NCBI GenBank assembly: GCA_964586695.1
Contig: CAZPGQ010000001.1
Span: 5,350 to 69,349 of the forward strand
From: an uncultured Candidatus Saccharibacteria bacterium
Lineage (GTDB): Bacteria > Patescibacteriota > Minisyncoccia > Phycocordibacterales > DATDWN01
Direction of reading: 5' to 3'
DNA length: 64,000 nt
Under the pieces are notes generated by a model. That model did not search any database. It was not told the DNA's origin and saw only the letters and a program-made list of their open reading frames with translations. The stretch's first letter is position 1; each line of letters starts with the position of its first letter. Shown piece by piece: positions 28,393 to 37,385 of this stretch. The position numbers and the translations under genes are program-made.

Positions 28393-28953
28393 TTATGATA
28401 AGAGTTTAAGGGCTTTTTTGACCTTGTCTCCAGTGTCTTTTGCATCAGTAACTTTTTTCAAAGCCTCGCGGGCTTCCTTTTCTCCGTATCCAAGAGATTT
28501 CAGAGCTTCTAGTGCATCAACATCTCCGGAAACAAACTCTGTTCCATCTGAAGTCCAACCATCCAGTTTATCTTTTAATTCAAGTACTATTTTTTCTGCA
28601 TTCTTTTTTCCAACACCAGAGACTTTTGTTAGGTGACTAGTGTCCCCAGTAGATATAGCATGCTTTAGGTTTTGTATTGTGGCTACAGAAAGTATCCCCA
28701 TTGCAGACTTTGGCCCAATACCAGATACAGTCAAAAGTAGCTCAAAGAAGTTTAACTCTTCTTTTGTCGAGAATCCATAGAGATCTAGTGCGTTTTCTCT
28801 AACTGCCAAATACGTCCAAAACTCGAGGATTTTGCCTGTCTGGCTATCCAAACTGGCTGTATTTGTGTGGATTTTGTAGCCAACACCAGAGACATCGAGA
28901 ATAATAGACTTAAGATCTTGGTGGATTAGTGTGCCTTTCAGATGTCCTATCAT
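28393..28953 (-). CDS. ruvA: Holliday junction DNA-binding protein RuvA
   Basis: GVGY, LYGF, VSGIGPKSA, GVGKKNAEKIVLELKDK. Confidence 0.95.
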   Translation of the reverse strand: MIGHLKGTLIHQDLKSIILDVSGVGYKIHTNTASLDSQTGKILEFWTYLAVRENALDLYGFSTKEELNFFELLLTVSGIGPKSAMGILSVATIQNLKHAISTGDTSHLTKVSGVGKKNAEKIVLELKDKLDGWTSDGTEFVSGDVDALEALKSLGYGEKEAREALKKVTDAKDTGDKVKKALKLLS

Positions 28954-29024
28954 GGCTTTATAATACTCTATTTGCAGGGAAGGGGCTATTGTCTTTTTTG
29001 GGATTCTGTTATAGTATGACGCTC

Positions 29025-29288
29025 ATGCCAATAACAAAGTCAGCTAAAAAAGCTCTACGCGGTTCTGAAAAGAAACGATCTTTCAACATAAACAAGAAAG
29101 AGCTAATTAACAAAGCAGTAAAAAAGGTAAAGAAACTAGTTGCCGACAAGAAGGTAAAGGAGGCTATGGCTATGATGCCAGAGGTTCAGAAGATACTAGA
29201 TAAGTCAGTAAAGACAGGACTTTTGAAACTTAACACAGCTTCAAGAAAGAAATCTCGAATCGTAGCAATGATAAAGAAAGCAAAATAA
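29025..29288 (+). CDS. rpsT: 30S ribosomal protein S20
   Basis: MPITKSAKK...LDKSVKTG..KLNTASRKKSR. Confidence 0.92.
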   Translation: MPITKSAKKALRGSEKKRSFNINKKELINKAVKKVKKLVADKKVKEAMAMMPEVQKILDKSVKTGLLKLNTASRKKSRIVAMIKKAK

Positions 29289-29322
29289 CAAAAAACCTCC
29301 CGCTCGGGAGGTTTTTTGTTAT
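29285..29322 (+). terminator. Intrinsic terminator
   Basis: AAAAAACCTCCC/GGGAGGTTTTTT. Confidence 0.75.
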
Positions 29323-29353
29323 AAAGAGTTTTTTATGATATTTTTGTTTTATT

Positions 29354-29425
29354 GCTCTCGTAGTTTAATGGATAGAATGTCGGCCTGCGAAGCTGGCGAT
29401 CCAGGTTCGATTCCTGGCGAGAGCA
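29354..29425 (+). tRNA. tRNA-Arg(GCG)
   Basis: Cloverleaf GCTCTCG/CGAGAGC, anticodon loop CTGCGAA. Confidence 0.9.
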
Positions 29426-29437
29426 CAGTAAAATTAT

Positions 29438-29899
29438 TTAGAATCCTAAATATACTAGTAGTTTTTCCAAGAAGGGTTCTGCATGTTCCTCTTCGGGCAG
29501 GTGTTGTTTAAGTAAGTTTCTAACATCCTCAGGATGAACTTGGTTCTCTTCAATAAAAATTATTATAAGTGGCATAAAAACCTTTTTAGATTTTATCAGT
29601 ATTCTGTCATTGTTTTCTCTTGTTTCAACCCAGAATGAATCCAAGTTTCTGTATGGATACATTGTCTTGCCAACCCTAATCCCCATATCGTCAACATCAA
29701 CTTCCACAAGGTTTGGTTTCTTTGATGCAAAAAGCATTAATGTAAATGATGAAACTATAATCAAGATAGCAAAAATAATATTGTTCATTATTATAGAAAC
29801 AATTGCGATAGAGATAGAAACTATACTTACGATCCAATACCAATCTGTTGTTTTTTCTTGATGTAAATATTCTATTGTTGTCCAAGATAATTTTTCCAT
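29438..29899 (-). CDS. Hypothetical 2-TM protein with PH-like soluble domain
   Basis: W...EY..KT.DWYW, two TMs, YPY..L.SFW. Confidence 0.7.
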   Translation of the reverse strand: MEKLSWTTIEYLHQEKTTDWYWIVSIVSISIAIVSIIMNNIIFAILIIVSSFTLMLFASKKPNLVEVDVDDMGIRVGKTMYPYRNLDSFWVETRENNDRILIKSKKVFMPLIIIFIEENQVHPEDVRNLLKQHLPEEEHAEPFLEKLLVYLGF

Positions 29900-29900
29900 A

Positions 29901-30365
29901 TTATGAGAATGTTAATGGTGTAGAACTTTTTTCTGATAAATTAATTTTAAGTGATGACCAGACTGTAAAAGCGCAGGCAATCAGTGCAATATTCTTTATT
30001 ATATACTGTCCCTCGAGAGTTGGCACCATTATATATTGCCATGCAGATGCTTTTAGGAAAAATAGTGGAAGCATTGTTGTAACCATGTGTATAAATAGGG
30101 TATAGATAGCCCATTTTTCCTTTCCAGGAATAATAAAAAGTATACCAATAATAACTTCTATAATTCCAAAGACAACAACGAACATGTTTGGTGAGATAAA
30201 AGAAAGATGCAGAACTTTTAACATTGGGCCCAAAGTTTCTTTGAAAAGTTCTTGAACAAGTCCGCTGGCAGGGGATATGCCTATGACTTTCAAAATCCCA
30301 AACCAAAAGTATATGACAAATAAAGCAATGCGAGACAACAAAACAGATGTTTGTTTCAAATTCAT
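29901..30365 (-). CDS. DoxX family membrane protein
   Basis: RIALFVIYFWFGILK, GQYIIKN. Confidence 0.75.
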   Translation of the reverse strand: MNLKQTSVLLSRIALFVIYFWFGILKVIGISPASGLVQELFKETLGPMLKVLHLSFISPNMFVVVFGIIEVIIGILFIIPGKEKWAIYTLFIHMVTTMLPLFFLKASAWQYIMVPTLEGQYIIKNIALIACAFTVWSSLKINLSEKSSTPLTFS

Positions 30366-30412
30366 ATTTTAATTATACAAGAAAACAATAAAAGAAAAAA
30401 CGCTTTTATATA

Positions 30413-30811
30413 TTAAGCTAATTTATATATCTCAAAAGCCATAAAAAATATAGAAAAGATAACTACTACGATAACAAAACAATACTGCATATAGTATATC
30501 CAAGGATGTTTTACTTCCATATTCACATTTTTAATATTGTTATATTCAGCTTGTTTTAAAATTTTTTTCTTATTAATTCCTGCAAATGTGTACATTGTCT
30601 GGATCAGTATGTCGGCCATTTCTTCATCTTTGATTTGAGAAATAAATAGGCCTATCATGGTGGCAATTACCGTTATTATTATAAATAATTTTGCAGGGAA
30701 ATTTTCAAAAATTTGGTTTGTATATATAAAGTACGTAAGTGAAAAAACTATAATGCATAGTGAAATTAAAAATGAAACCAGTCTTAATTCACTAATTTTT
30801 TCTTTATTCAT
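30413..30811 (-). CDS. Hypothetical membrane protein
   Basis: 3 TM helices, very AT-rich. Confidence 0.6.
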   Translation of the reverse strand: MNKEKISELRLVSFLISLCIIVFSLTYFIYTNQIFENFPAKLFIIITVIATMIGLFISQIKDEEMADILIQTMYTFAGINKKKILKQAEYNNIKNVNMEVKHPWIYYMQYCFVIVVVIFSIFFMAFEIYKLA

Positions 30812-30869
30812 GATTATATTTTATCAAATATTGGTTTGTGAACGTGTATCACAGCGCCATCTGTAGACT

Positions 30870-31313
30870 TTATATCGCTTCGTATTGAGCTGTTGAGTAG
30901 CCTTCGTCTTCTACAGATTCATCAACCTTTCCTTCGTCTACAAGACGAGCCAAGCCTTCTTGAACCAAATAATCCCAAGCTTTTTTTGAGCGTCTGCTTA
31001 ATTTAGATTCTGTTGATTTAAATGTAATATTTTTCTGTTTAAGGTAGTCAATAATTTTTACATACGCAGCTCGTCCATATCCTCTTCCTCTAGCACCATT
31101 AACATTAATGGTATTTAGATATGCAACCCCTGCTTCTTTATTTGGTGACCATTTGATTAATAATGTAAAATTACCAATCTTTTCTCCATTCTCATTTTTA
31201 ATAGAAAAATCTTCGTCGGCCATTCTACCTTTTGCAATTTTCTGCTTTGGGCTAAGATTTTGTTCTATAGAAACTGTTGGCAGGATTCTTTCTGACGTTG
31301 GTACTCTTTCCAT
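30870..31313 (-). CDS. GNAT-like protein
   Basis: V...RGRGYG acetyl-CoA binding motif A. Confidence 0.6.
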   Translation of the reverse strand: MERVPTSERILPTVSIEQNLSPKQKIAKGRMADEDFSIKNENGEKIGNFTLLIKWSPNKEAGVAYLNTINVNGARGRGYGRAAYVKIIDYLKQKNITFKSTESKLSRRSKKAWDYLVQEGLARLVDEGKVDESVEDEGYSTAQYEAI

Positions 31314-31388
31314 ATTAATATTCTATCAAAGTTTATATATTGTCGCATGCACGAAAAATGACTCAATATTTGAGCCATTCTTTGAGTG

Positions 31389-31473
31389 CGGAGGTGGTGG
31401 GATTCGAACTCACGGTGCCTTGCGGCACTCTCGTTTTCAAGACGAGCGCACTAGACCACTATGCGACACCTCC
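31389..31473 (-). tRNA. tRNA-Ser(TGA)
   Basis: GGAGGTG/CACCTCC, long variable arm, loop CTTGAAA. Confidence 0.93.
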
Positions 31474-31477
31474 GTAT

Positions 31478-31714
31478 TTATTTAACTTCTTCTACTTCAA
31501 CTGTGTACTTTCGTGCCACAAAGAAAATGTAGAATATATCTAGGATACCGATTGTGTTTGCAAGCAAAATCACAATAAACCATTTTTTGTGTGAAAGCCT
31601 TGCTGCTTTCCACAGGGCAACACCTTTCCAAGGTATAGTCCACACTATTATGGTTGCCATAAGCCAAAGGGGAACCTGTATTCCACCATTTATGCTTTGA
31701 AGCAAAGTATCCAT
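31478..31714 (-). CDS. Small membrane protein (DUF5652-like)
   Basis: WKGVALWKAAR...WF....NTIGIL.I.YIF. Confidence 0.75.
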   Translation of the reverse strand: MDTLLQSINGGIQVPLWLMATIIVWTIPWKGVALWKAARLSHKKWFIVILLANTIGILDIFYIFFVARKYTVEVEEVK

Positions 31715-31778
31715 AGGGGCTATAATATCAAAAAACCCATATAATGCAATTCATTTTGTTTTAGGGTAAAGTAGAGTT

Positions 31779-32162
31779 ATGAAATATTTGGGCATTGATT
31801 ATGGTCTAAAAAACGTGGGTGTGGCCATTTCTGACGAAAGGCTAAAGTTCGCGTATCCACTGGTTGTATTGCAGAATTCCGATATATTGATTTTTGATAT
31901 AGGTAGGATCTGTAAGGAGAATAAAATCGTGGGTATTGTGGTTGGGGACTCAAAAGATTTTAGACAAAGAGACAACGAGATAATGAAAGTAGTAAAACCT
32001 TTTGCAGAAAGACTTGAGAGGGAACTCCAGATACCGGTATATTTTCACCCAGAGTTTATGACTTCAGTAGAAGCCGAGAGATTACAAGGAAAAAACAATA
32101 TGCATGACGCTTCTGCAGCAGCGTTAATATTAAAAAGTTATTTAGAAACACATTATGGATAA
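31779..32162 (+). CDS. yqgF: YqgF/RuvX pre-16S rRNA nuclease
   Basis: LGIDYG.K.VGVAISD, EFMTS, DASAAALIL. Confidence 0.9.
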   Translation: MKYLGIDYGLKNVGVAISDERLKFAYPLVVLQNSDILIFDIGRICKENKIVGIVVGDSKDFRQRDNEIMKVVKPFAERLERELQIPVYFHPEFMTSVEAERLQGKNNMHDASAAALILKSYLETHYG

Positions 32163-32517
32163 TATAGAAACAAAACCAACAATAACAATAGATGACTTTC
32201 ATAAACTAGATATAAAGATAGGTCATATTTTATCCGCAGAAAAAATAGAAGGTGCAGATAAACTTCTGAAACTGTCTGTTGATATGGGAGAAGAGAAACC
32301 ACGACAAATAGTCTCTGGAATTTCATTATATTTTCCAGATCCACAAAATTTGGTAGGAAAAAAATGTGCATTTGCTGCAAATCTTGAGCCAAGAGTGATA
32401 AGAGGCCTTGAAAGTCAGGGAATGATACTTGCTGTTAGTGGTGGTGAAGGGGATTCATCATTTTTTTCATTACTTGAAACAAATGAAAAAGTTTTCCCAG
32501 GTTCTTCTGTGAAATAA
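32155..32517 (+). CDS. Stand-alone tRNA-binding (Trbp111/CsaA/MetG C-terminal) protein
   Basis: DDFHKLDIKIG, ADKLLKL, RQIVSGI, NLEPR..RGLESQGMIL. Confidence 0.88.
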   Translation: MDNIETKPTITIDDFHKLDIKIGHILSAEKIEGADKLLKLSVDMGEEKPRQIVSGISLYFPDPQNLVGKKCAFAANLEPRVIRGLESQGMILAVSGGEGDSSFFSLLETNEKVFPGSSVK

Positions 32518-32557
32518 CTCCTGTTTTTGAATTTATTTCTGGTATATAATTGAACTA

Positions 32558-33526
32558 ATGAAGTTCAATAAAATTTTTGATGCATTTCCTACACCAAAAT
32601 TTTTGGATATCCCATATGCGGGACTTTCTATATCTGATTCTGCTGTTCGTTGTATGCAATTTGGCAAAAAAGGTGGTGGGCTATATATAGAAAAGTACAC
32701 AGAAAAGGCACTACCTGTCGGTGTTATGACTAATGGTCAGATAAATAATCAAGAAGAGATAATAAAAGTAGTTTCTGAAATAAAAAAAGAGCTTAACCTA
32801 GATTATGTAAAAGTTTCTCTACCGGAAGAGAGAGCATATCTTTTTACAGCAAAAATTCCTGTAGTAGAAAAAGAAGAACTTAGAAGCGCGATAGAGTCAA
32901 AAATGGAGGAGAATGTTCCAGTTTCTCCATTGGAACTAACTTTTGACTACAACCTTTTTTACCACAAACAGAAAGAGCATCTAGATGTTTCTGTGTCTGC
33001 TATACCAATAAGTTTGATAGACCAATACGTAGATATAATGCAAAAGTCAGGACTCTCACTTTTGTCTCTTGAAATAGAGTCACAAGCTATTGTTAGTTCT
33101 CTTTTGCCAAAAAATAATCAAGGAACAACTCTGGTTGTGCATTTTAGTCCAGACAAAGTCGGTCTATACGTTTCTTATTATAGAGTTGTTTTGTTTACAT
33201 CTACTATCCAAACAAAAGGGGAGTACGCAAATAATCCAAGCTTTCTGCTTCAAGAAATTAAAAAATTATATACATACTGGCACACCTTAAAAGAAAATGT
33301 TGATAAGGATGATAAAAAAATATCTCAGATTTTTGTATGTGGAGAAAAATTCGAAGACAGCATGATTTCATATCTTGCTTCTCATCTTGATACGCCTGTA
33401 GGTTTGGGGAATGTGTGGACAAATGTGTTTGATATAGATAAAAACCTTCCAGAAATATCTTTTAATGATTCTCTAAAGTATTCTGGTCCGATTGGTCTTG
33501 CTTTGCCAAGAGATATATTAATATAA
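32558..33526 (+). CDS. pilM: Type IV pilus assembly protein PilM
   Basis: GLSISDSAVR actin-like N-terminus, C-terminal IGLAL, operon context. Confidence 0.8.
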   Translation: MKFNKIFDAFPTPKFLDIPYAGLSISDSAVRCMQFGKKGGGLYIEKYTEKALPVGVMTNGQINNQEEIIKVVSEIKKELNLDYVKVSLPEERAYLFTAKIPVVEKEELRSAIESKMEENVPVSPLELTFDYNLFYHKQKEHLDVSVSAIPISLIDQYVDIMQKSGLSLLSLEIESQAIVSSLLPKNNQGTTLVVHFSPDKVGLYVSYYRVVLFTSTIQTKGEYANNPSFLLQEIKKLYTYWHTLKENVDKDDKKISQIFVCGEKFEDSMISYLASHLDTPVGLGNVWTNVFDIDKNLPEISFNDSLKYSGPIGLALPRDILI

Positions 33527-33527
33527 A

Positions 33528-34070
33528 ATGTTTAATTTATTACCAGAAAAAATAAGAGCAGAAATCCGAAAGGAGTACAATCACAGACGACTCGTGATGA
33601 TTTTGGTTTTTGTTATTTTTCTTCAAGTTGCATTTACTATATTTCTTTTTCCGACATGGCTTATGTCTGTAAACAAGGAAAAGGATGTAATAATACGAAG
33701 TGAAGATATGAATAAAAATCTTTCAAATCTTAATATTGCTTCTACTACAGCCAACATAAAATCGATAAATACTCAGCTAACAATAATCGATAACAAATTG
33801 CAGTATCCAGATATCGTTTCATTTATAAATCTTGTCTTATCAAAAAAGGCGACATCAACTACAATTTCTGACATTGTTTTTGTGGTAAATAGCGCCAAAA
33901 AAATGAATATTAATTTACAGGGGGTTTCTGCCACACGTGATACTTTGTCTGCCTTTTCAAAAAATTTACAGAAGATAGAGGAATTTAAAGCTGTAGATGT
34001 GCCACTATCTAGTTATACAAAAGATAAGAACCTTAGTTTTTCAGTTGAGATAAAAATAGAAACTAAATAG
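33528..34070 (+). CDS. pilN: PilN-like protein
   Basis: NLLP N-terminal motif, TM, position after pilM. Confidence 0.75.
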   Translation: MFNLLPEKIRAEIRKEYNHRRLVMILVFVIFLQVAFTIFLFPTWLMSVNKEKDVIIRSEDMNKNLSNLNIASTTANIKSINTQLTIIDNKLQYPDIVSFINLVLSKKATSTTISDIVFVVNSAKKMNINLQGVSATRDTLSAFSKNLQKIEEFKAVDVPLSSYTKDKNLSFSVEIKIETK

Positions 34071-34071
34071 T

Positions 34072-34635
34072 ATGAAAAACTCTAAATCATTAAAAGGAAT
34101 AATTATAATGCTTTCATTATTTGTCTTGGTATTATTTGTGGCTCAGTATTTTGTATATAGAGATATCAAGATAAAGAATCAAAAAATTTCTGTTTTAGAA
34201 AGAGACCTTTCTTTGCAAGAGAATAGACAGGAGTATCTTATTTCAACAGAGAAACTAATTAACACAATGAGTTCTGATTTGGAAAAAATAGATAACTCTA
34301 TCCTAGCTTCTGACGGGGAAGTATCATTTATTAACAGCCTAGAAGATCTTGCCGAAAAGAATAATCTAAAGTTAGAGCCAGAATTTCTGGGCAGTGATGA
34401 AAATGATGCTTCGTTAAAGAATACAAACATAAAGACTTTTGTAATTAGGGCAAAAATAACAGGTTCTTGGGTAGATACATATACATTTATATCGGAGCTA
34501 GAGTCCAATCCAATAAAAATAAAAATTAATAAACTGGCTCTTTCAAATGTTTCGTTAGATTCAGGGATAGATGTTAAGAAACTTGGACAGAGATGGCAGA
34601 GTATATTTGAAATAGTTGTATTAAAATATAAATAA
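34072..34635 (+). CDS. PilO-like protein
   Basis: TM + coiled coil + G......FI..LE motif; operon position. Confidence 0.6.
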   Translation: MKNSKSLKGIIIMLSLFVLVLFVAQYFVYRDIKIKNQKISVLERDLSLQENRQEYLISTEKLINTMSSDLEKIDNSILASDGEVSFINSLEDLAEKNNLKLEPEFLGSDENDASLKNTNIKTFVIRAKITGSWVDTYTFISELESNPIKIKINKLALSNVSLDSGIDVKKLGQRWQSIFEIVVLKYK

Positions 34636-34636
34636 A

Positions 34637-34972
34637 ATGTCAGAACTATTTAAAAAAATTAAATCTTTGTTTAGTAAGTCAAAAAAAACAGAAAGTACTT
34701 ACGATAAAGCAGGGATCAGTCCAAAGAAAGATTGGTTTATTATATTACTTTCTGTATTTCTTATTTTGGTTATTCTTGTGGGTATTGCAGTTTATTTTTA
34801 TTTACAAATAAGTGCTGGAAATCTTTTTAAAGCCAAAGCAGGATCCTCTGATAATGAAGTAAAGATAAACCAAGTGTTGTTAGATAAAACTATTTCAGAA
34901 ACAAAACGTCGAAATGATTTTATTAATCAGATAAAGAGTGGGGAGGCTATTCCAAAGGACCCGTCTATTTAA
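34637..34972 (+). CDS. Hypothetical single-TM protein (pil operon)
   Basis: Contiguous with pilMNO. Confidence 0.6.
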   Translation: MSELFKKIKSLFSKSKKTESTYDKAGISPKKDWFIILLSVFLILVILVGIAVYFYLQISAGNLFKAKAGSSDNEVKINQVLLDKTISETKRRNDFINQIKSGEAIPKDPSI

Positions 34973-34975
34973 TTG

Positions 34976-35047
34976 TGCTCTCGGTAAGAATCGAACTTAC
35001 ATCAGCGGCTTAGAAGTCCGCGGTTCTATCCATTGAACTACGAGAGC
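34976..35047 (-). tRNA. tRNA-Arg(TCT)
   Basis: GCTCTCG/CGAGAGC, loop CTTCTAA. Confidence 0.92.
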
Positions 35048-35085
35048 AATGGCAATACATTAACATAAAATATGGATTTAGAAAA

Positions 35086-35243
35086 TGGTGTTTCAAGGAC
35101 TCGACTCTTACAGAGTCGGTACACCTTTTCTGTTTTTATTTCACTTTGTTCATAAAAACTATCAAAGGTTTTCGAGTCCTGACGAAATTGCCACCGGCAA
35201 TTTCTTATCGCCACGCAAAAATCCGCCAAAGCGGATTTTCCTG
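35086..35243 (-). repeat. tRNA-3'-associated element (Val copy)
   Basis: Two 22-nt blocks identical to the Lys copy; antisense arms match tRNA-Val. Confidence 0.8.
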
Positions 35244-35316
35244 TGCGCGATACAGGACTCGAACCTGTGACCTACCCGGTGTAAACGGGTTGCTCTACCA
35301 ACTGAGCTAACCGCGC
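35244..35316 (-). tRNA. tRNA-Val(TAC)
   Basis: GCGCGGT/ATCGCGC, loop TTTACAC. Confidence 0.94.
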
Positions 35317-35374
35317 GATGCATCCAGAATAACTCATATTGTCTCTTTTGTAAAATGACGCTACAATGGTCTAA

Positions 35375-36058
35375 ATGAAAACTCCGAACTGTATCGGGAT
35401 AATAATGGACGGGAATCGTCGCTGGGCTAAAAATAAAGGACTTCCAGTATTGGAGGGTCATAGAGCTGGTGGTAAGACTCTAAAGGATATCGTTAGATGG
35501 ACAAAGGATGCTGGTGTAAAACATCTTATTCTCTATACTTTTTCGACTGAAAATTGGAACCGAACAGAAGAGGAAGTCACATATCTACTTAACCTAATAG
35601 GAGAATTTATTGGAAAAGAGTTTGCCCACTTTAACAGCGAGGGTGGAGTGATGCATTTTGTTGGTGACCTATCTCGTTTTTCACCAGAACTACAAAAAAC
35701 ACTTATTGATGTAAGAGATAAAACTGCAAACAATACTGGTGTTAATATTTATTTCGCACTTAACTATGGTGGCAGACAAGAAATACTTTCTGCTGTAAAA
35801 AAAATAGTAGAAGAAAATCCAGTACAAGAAATCATTACAGACGAATATTTCGCAAAACATTTGCAGACAGGGGATATGCCAGATCCAGATATTATTATTA
35901 GAACTTCTGGAGAGATGAGACTTTCGGGCTTTTTGCCATGGCAAGGTGTATACAGTGAATTGTTTTTTACAAAAACGCTTTGGCCTGATTTTTCTAAAGA
36001 AGAGTTTATGAAAATAATAGAAGAGTATGGAGAGAGGGATAGGAGAATTGGTAAATAA
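35375..36058 (+). CDS. uppS: Undecaprenyl diphosphate synthase
   Basis: IIMDGNRRWA, FSTENWNR, NYGGR, RTSGEMRLSGFL. Confidence 0.95.
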   Translation: MKTPNCIGIIMDGNRRWAKNKGLPVLEGHRAGGKTLKDIVRWTKDAGVKHLILYTFSTENWNRTEEEVTYLLNLIGEFIGKEFAHFNSEGGVMHFVGDLSRFSPELQKTLIDVRDKTANNTGVNIYFALNYGGRQEILSAVKKIVEENPVQEIITDEYFAKHLQTGDMPDPDIIIRTSGEMRLSGFLPWQGVYSELFFTKTLWPDFSKEEFMKIIEEYGERDRRIGK

Positions 36059-36064
36059 ATCTAA

Positions 36065-36784
36065 ATGAATCCAACAATTTTATACGAAGATAATGACATT
36101 TTGGCTATTAATAAACCAGCCGGATTAGTTGTTCATAGTGATGGAAAAACAAATGAACCAAATTTGGTAGATTGGTTACTTTCAAAGTATCAAGATATAA
36201 AAAATGTAGGTGAGCCTGGTAGAAACGCAAAAGGTGAGGAAGTCTTGCGTTCCGGGATAGTTCATCGTTTAGATAGAGACACGTCTGGTGTAATGCTTGT
36301 GGCAAAGACACAAGAAGCTTTTGAAAGTCTAAAGTCTCAATTTCAAAATCATGAAATACAAAAAACATACCACGCCTTTTTGCTGGGTGAGCTAAAAACA
36401 GATAAGGGAACAATAGACCGACCAATAGGTCGAAGCAGTCGTGATTTTCGAATGTGGTCTGCACAAAGAGGGGCTAGGGGTGAACTCCGAGAGGCTGTAA
36501 CCGACTACAAAGTTTTAAATAGAAATAACGGCTATACATTTGTAGAAGTAAGTCCCAAAACAGGTAGAACACATCAGATTAGGGTGCATTTTAAGGCCAT
36601 AAACTATCCACTTATCGGTGACCCATTATATGCACCTACAAAGGAAAATAAGCTAGGCTTCGATAGAACCGCTCTGCATTCATATCAGGTAGTCTTTGTT
36701 GGGGTAGATGGGGTAAACCACACTGTTGTGGCTCCGTATCCAGAGGACTTTTCTTCTGCTATGGCTCTGTTGCAAAGCGCTTAG
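36065..36784 (+). CDS. RluA/RluD family pseudouridine synthase
   Basis: NKPAGLVVH, HRLDRDTSG, TGRTHQIRVH. Confidence 0.92.
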   Translation: MNPTILYEDNDILAINKPAGLVVHSDGKTNEPNLVDWLLSKYQDIKNVGEPGRNAKGEEVLRSGIVHRLDRDTSGVMLVAKTQEAFESLKSQFQNHEIQKTYHAFLLGELKTDKGTIDRPIGRSSRDFRMWSAQRGARGELREAVTDYKVLNRNNGYTFVEVSPKTGRTHQIRVHFKAINYPLIGDPLYAPTKENKLGFDRTALHSYQVVFVGVDGVNHTVVAPYPEDFSSAMALLQSA

Positions 36785-36809
36785 GGTTGTGTTAGATTAC
36801 TAGCTACTT

Positions 36810-37226
36810 ATGGAAATTCAATCACCAGTAAAAGTCCAGGACCGAAAAAACTTTGATATTAGATCAGGGGATACTATTCGAGTATGGCAGAAGATTCAAG
36901 AAAAAGACAAGACAAGACTACAGGCTTTTGAAGGCTTGGTTATTGCAGTAAAGCACGGAAAGGAGGCAGGAGCTACTTTCACAGTTCGACGAGTTGCTTC
37001 AGGAGTAGGGGTTGAGAAGATTTTCCCACTATACTCTCCAATTATCGATTCAATCGAAACTCTAAAGAGATCAAAAGTAAGACGGGCAAAGCTATATCAC
37101 GTGCGAGACAAGGCAGCAAAGGAAATCAGACGACAGATGAGAAATATAAGAGCACTTCCAGACAACACTCCAGGAGTAGAAGAAGTAGTAGAGGCTCCAG
37201 CTACAGAAGAAGCAAAAGCAGAATAA
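36810..37226 (+). CDS. rplS: 50S ribosomal protein L19
   Basis: GDTIRV, RLQAFEG, GVGVEKIFPLYSP, VRRAKLY. Confidence 0.95.
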   Translation: MEIQSPVKVQDRKNFDIRSGDTIRVWQKIQEKDKTRLQAFEGLVIAVKHGKEAGATFTVRRVASGVGVEKIFPLYSPIIDSIETLKRSKVRRAKLYHVRDKAAKEIRRQMRNIRALPDNTPGVEEVVEAPATEEAKAE

Positions 37227-37256
37227 CAAAAAACTCCCAAATGGGAGTTTTTTGTT
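37225..37256 (+). terminator. Intrinsic terminator
   Basis: AAAAAACTCCCA/TGGGAGTTTTTT. Confidence 0.7.
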
Positions 37257-37293
37257 TGAAATAATAACTAAACTCCAATATACTGCATCTATT

Positions 37294-37375
37294 GCCCGGG
37301 TGTTGAAATTGGTAGACATTTACCCTTGAGGTGGGTAAGCCGTAAGGTGTGGAGGTTCGAGTCCTCTCCCGGGCA
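37294..37375 (+). tRNA. tRNA-Leu(GAG)
   Basis: GCCCGGG/CCCGGGC, loop TTGAGGT, long variable arm. Confidence 0.92.
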
Positions 37376-37385
37376 CATAAAAAAT

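Noticed and set aside
31335-31388. tRNA-tail element after tRNA-Ser
   Set aside because: Only a terminator-like hairpin; no split antisense arm or scaffold blocks.
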